DNA of 64,000 nucleotides from Rhynchobatus australiae (taxonomy: Eukaryota): positions 9,920,045-9,984,044 of the forward strand of contig JAUZTB010000062.1 of the NCBI GenBank assembly GCA_034780895.1, in the 5' to 3' direction. The position numbers and the translations under genes are program-made. The notes beneath the pieces were generated by a model, which saw only the letters and a program-made list of their open reading frames with translations, did not search any database and was not told the DNA's origin. Shown piece after piece: positions 60,820 to 64,000 of the stretch. The first letter of the stretch is position 1; each line of letters begins with the position of its first letter.

Positions 60820-62610
60820 ATAGATCAGTACAGCACAGGAACAGGCCCTTCGGCCCACAATATCTGTGCCAACCATGGTGCCAAATTCAATTANNNNNNN
60901 NNNNNNNNNNNNNNNCCATATCCCTTCATTCCCTGCACGTTCATCTGCCCTTCTAAATGCCTCTTAAACATCACTATCATGTCTCCACCCTGGCAGTGCA
61001 TCCCAGGCACCTACCTCCCTCTATCAAAAACTTGCCTCGCACATCTCCTTCAAACTTTTCCCCTCTCAGCTTAAAGCCATGTCCTCTTGTATTTCACATT
61101 TCCATCCTTGGAAAAAGACTCTATCTACCCTACCTATGCTGTCATAATTTTATAAACCTCTATCAGGTCTCCCCTCAGCCTCTAAAGCTCCAGATAAAAC
61201 AATCCAAGTTTGTCCAACCTCTCTAATCCAAGCACCATTCTGGTGAATCTCTTCTGTACCCTCTCCAAAACTCCACATCCTTCCTCTAACGCAGCAACCA
61301 GAATTGCACACAATACCCTACATGTGGCCTAACATTTTACAGCTGCAATGTAACTTATCAACTTTTATACACAATGCTCCAACCGATGAAGGCAAGCATG
61401 CCATTTGCTGCCTTTACTACCCTATCTACTTGTGTTGTGACTTTCAGGCAACAGTGGACCCCAAGATCCCTCCTAAGGGTCCTGCCATTTATTGTATACT
61501 TTCCCCTTATATTTGACCTCCCATATCCCCAACCTCACAATTATCTGGATTAAACTCTACCTGCCATTTCTCCGCCCATATCTCCAACTGATCTATATCT
61601 TGCTATGTTCTTTGATAACTTTCTTCACAATCCACAACTCCACCAATTTTTGTGTTGTCTACAAATTTACTAATCAGGCTATTTACATTTTCATCCAAAT
61701 CAGTTATATACATCACAGAGGTCCCGGCACTGATCCCTGTGGAACACCACTGGTCACAGACCTCCAGTCAGAATAACATCCCCACACTACCATCCTCTGG
61801 CTTGGTAAGGCAACTGCTCTGCTTGTGACTGCAGGAAACTGCAGAGAGTTGTGGACACAGCTCAGAACATCACGAAAACCAGTCTCCCCTCCATGGACTC
61901 TGTCTACACTTCTTGCTGCCTCAGTAAAGCAGCCAGCATAGTCAAAGACCCCACCCACCCAAACATTCTCTCTTCTCCCCTTTCCCATCGGGCAGGAGAT
62001 ACAAAAGCCCGAAAGCACATACCGCCAGGCTCAAGGACAGCTTCTATCCCACTGTTATAAGAGTATTGAATGGTCCCCTAGTATGATAAAAGGGACTCTT
62101 GACCTCACAATCTACCTCGTTATGACCTTGCACCTTATTGTCTACCTATACTGCACATTCTCTTTAGCTGTTACACTTTACATAGTGCACTGAAGTAGTA
62201 CAAAGTAAACAATAACAGAATGCAGAATAATGAATTGATCTGTATGAACGGTATGCAAGATAAGTTTTTTCCACTGTACCTCAGTACATGTGACAATAAT
62301 AAACCAAGTCTACGGCCAAGCCAATTTTGAGTCCAGACTACCAAGTCACTGTGGATTCCATGTGCCTTAATCTTCTGGATCATTTTACCATGAGGGACCT
62401 CAAAAGTTTTACTAAAGTCCCTGTGTACACATTCACTGCTCTTTCCTCATCAATCATCTTTGTTACCTCCTCAAAAACTCAAACATTCGTAAGATATAAC
62501 CAGCTCCGCACAAAACCATGCTGACTATCCCTAACAAGTCCATGCTTTTCCAAATGCAAGTAGGTCCTATCCCTAAGGATCCTCTCCAATAGCTTCCCAA
62601 CCACTGATTG
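60820..62610 (-). mobile_element. CR1-type LINE interrupted by a Rex1 insertion
   Basis: SDWRSVTSGVPQGSVPGP (ORF 61713..62018), KIKAHGI..DLVVWTQNWL, VVGKLLERILRDR..HLEKHGLVRDSQHGF. Confidence 0.9.
61798..62307 (+). mobile_element. Rex1/Babar-type LINE 3' fragment nested in CR1
   Basis: ggcttggtaaggcaactgctctgc through gtgacaataataaaccaa aligns with 7200-7840. Confidence 0.92.
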
Positions 62611-63594
62611 CAGTAGCCATGTTGCCCATAAAACAGCTAAATATTTAATAACCTTACAACCTACAAGTGCCAAGAGTTTAATTCAATAAAGAAGTTTCCT
62701 TGCTCTGAATGGTCCTCAGGAACTAGCGAGATGTACATTACTAATAAAAAGAGTTGTATTTCCAAATGGACAGCGATATCTGTACAAAATGACAAGCCAA
62801 TAGCATAATGCATGCAAATTGAAAGTGGCGAGTTAACTTGTCAGTCAAACCCTCTTGCCAATAAATCAATTTCTCCAGTTCTTGCCAATGGTAGTTTGAA
62901 CAGCTAACTGCTCTGAACATTGCACGTATCATCAGTTTTAGTAAAAATACTAAATATACTAAGCAAACATCATTAAGCAGAGGAGATGACACACAAAATA
63001 AAAAAATATACACTGTGGTGAAACCTGCCATTTTGTTGCTACTATGTTAACAAAGGAACTACTTAAAAAGTGTAGTAGACTAGAGAGAAACATTCTGATT
63101 CAGTATAGGGATAGCAGTATACCCCTGTATCCGAAGGTTGTTACCTTGGAGGAATATTATTTTGTAGGCTCCAAGTGAGTCACCATCATAGGCATGCTAA
63201 TTAAGAACTTGTTTGGAATGTTCCCAACCAGGCAAATTATTCATTCCCATGTGCCCCTTTTCAAACAAAAGTACATGATGCATCGTCTTAGACCAGAGTT
63301 ATGGATCTTCCCTTGAACAGCCAATATTTGAGGAATGTTATAAACTGCCCCCTTTTTAAAAGAAAATCCTGAGTCAGAGAAAAGCAGCTATTATCATTGT
63401 TATAAGCATTAATATTTTCAACATTTATATGATCCCTCGCATGTTCTAAATATTTCACAATGCTACAAATGCTCAGAGAGTCAGGAATTTTCTTTGGCCT
63501 ACAGGCAATTGTGCCCATTGTGCCTGCACCATTCTCCCAAAAGACTGTGCTAGTTCCCTGCAATTACCCTATACTATCCTAGTGAGAGAGAGCT

Positions 63595-64000
63595 ATGGAA
63601 TCATAGAGGCACACCCTGTCTACGCCAAGCATCAAGTACAGGTAGTTCTGCTACAACACAATAGTTATATTCCTAAGAAACCTCAGGGTTATGGAAAGTC
63701 ACATTATGGCAGAACAGGATGCAGCTGCTTTCAAAAGCACAGATTTCACACAGGTTTTCCCCGATCACACTATAACCAATGTGGCCTGCGTAATGCAAAT
63801 AGTGTTCCCTAATCCATCAGTCGTGTTACAACCAATATGCGTTGTGGAAACACGTTATAGCAAAACCACCTGTACCCATCTATACTAATCCCATTTACCA
63901 GCACTAAGTCTGTAGACTTTCTTTGCTCTGGCAATCCAAGTGCTCATCTTAATACTTCTTAAATGTTATGAGAGTCTGTGCCTCTACCACCTGCTCCGAC
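63595..64000 (-). mobile_element. CR1-type 3' UTR fragment, host of the MITE
   Basis: gccaagcatcaagTA...cccatctatactaatcccatttaccagcac...tgcctctaccacc is continuous once the MITE is removed. Confidence 0.65.
63639..63872. mobile_element. 234-bp MITE of the Tc1/mariner (pogo/Tigger-like) superfamily
   Basis: TA at 63637-38 and 63873-74; imperfect TIRs caggtagttctgctacaac and gttatagcaaaaccacctg; no coding capacity. Confidence 0.85.

Noticed and set aside
1-64000. CRISPR arrays, operons or prokaryotic defence systems
   Set aside because: The sequence is a spliced vertebrate gene with retroelements; no regularly spaced repeat-spacer array or dense ORF layout is present.

Overview
This is vertebrate genomic DNA from a gapped draft assembly, most likely a cartilaginous fish (ray or shark), inferred from its CR1, Rex1/Babar, V-SINE/HE1, DeuSINE and Penelope-type repeats. 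The window is occupied by one minus-strand gene, cytohesin-1 (CYTH1, an ARF-GEF with coiled-coil, Sec7, PH and polybasic regions). I traced 13 coding exons by hand (exons 2-14, 1175 nt including the stop). All have GT-AG boundaries and join in one open frame. They include the 3-nt GAG microexon at 16675-16677 that switches the PH domain between diglycine and triglycine forms. Exon 1 was not found and probably lies beyond 64000. The introns hold many decayed and often nested transposable elements, including a two-ORF PIF/Harbinger fossil, a TA-flanked MITE, a Tc1 transposase scrap and Penelope-type repeats with degenerate hammerhead-ribozyme-like cores. The most unexplained signal is just upstream of the microexon: a cluster of TTAACCCTT motifs with a perfect 13-bp inverted pair, a tandem CTAATTAG array and a possible frameshifting cassette exon. 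There are no prokaryotic features or CRISPR arrays. Repeat boundaries and family names come from recognition by eye and are approximate.
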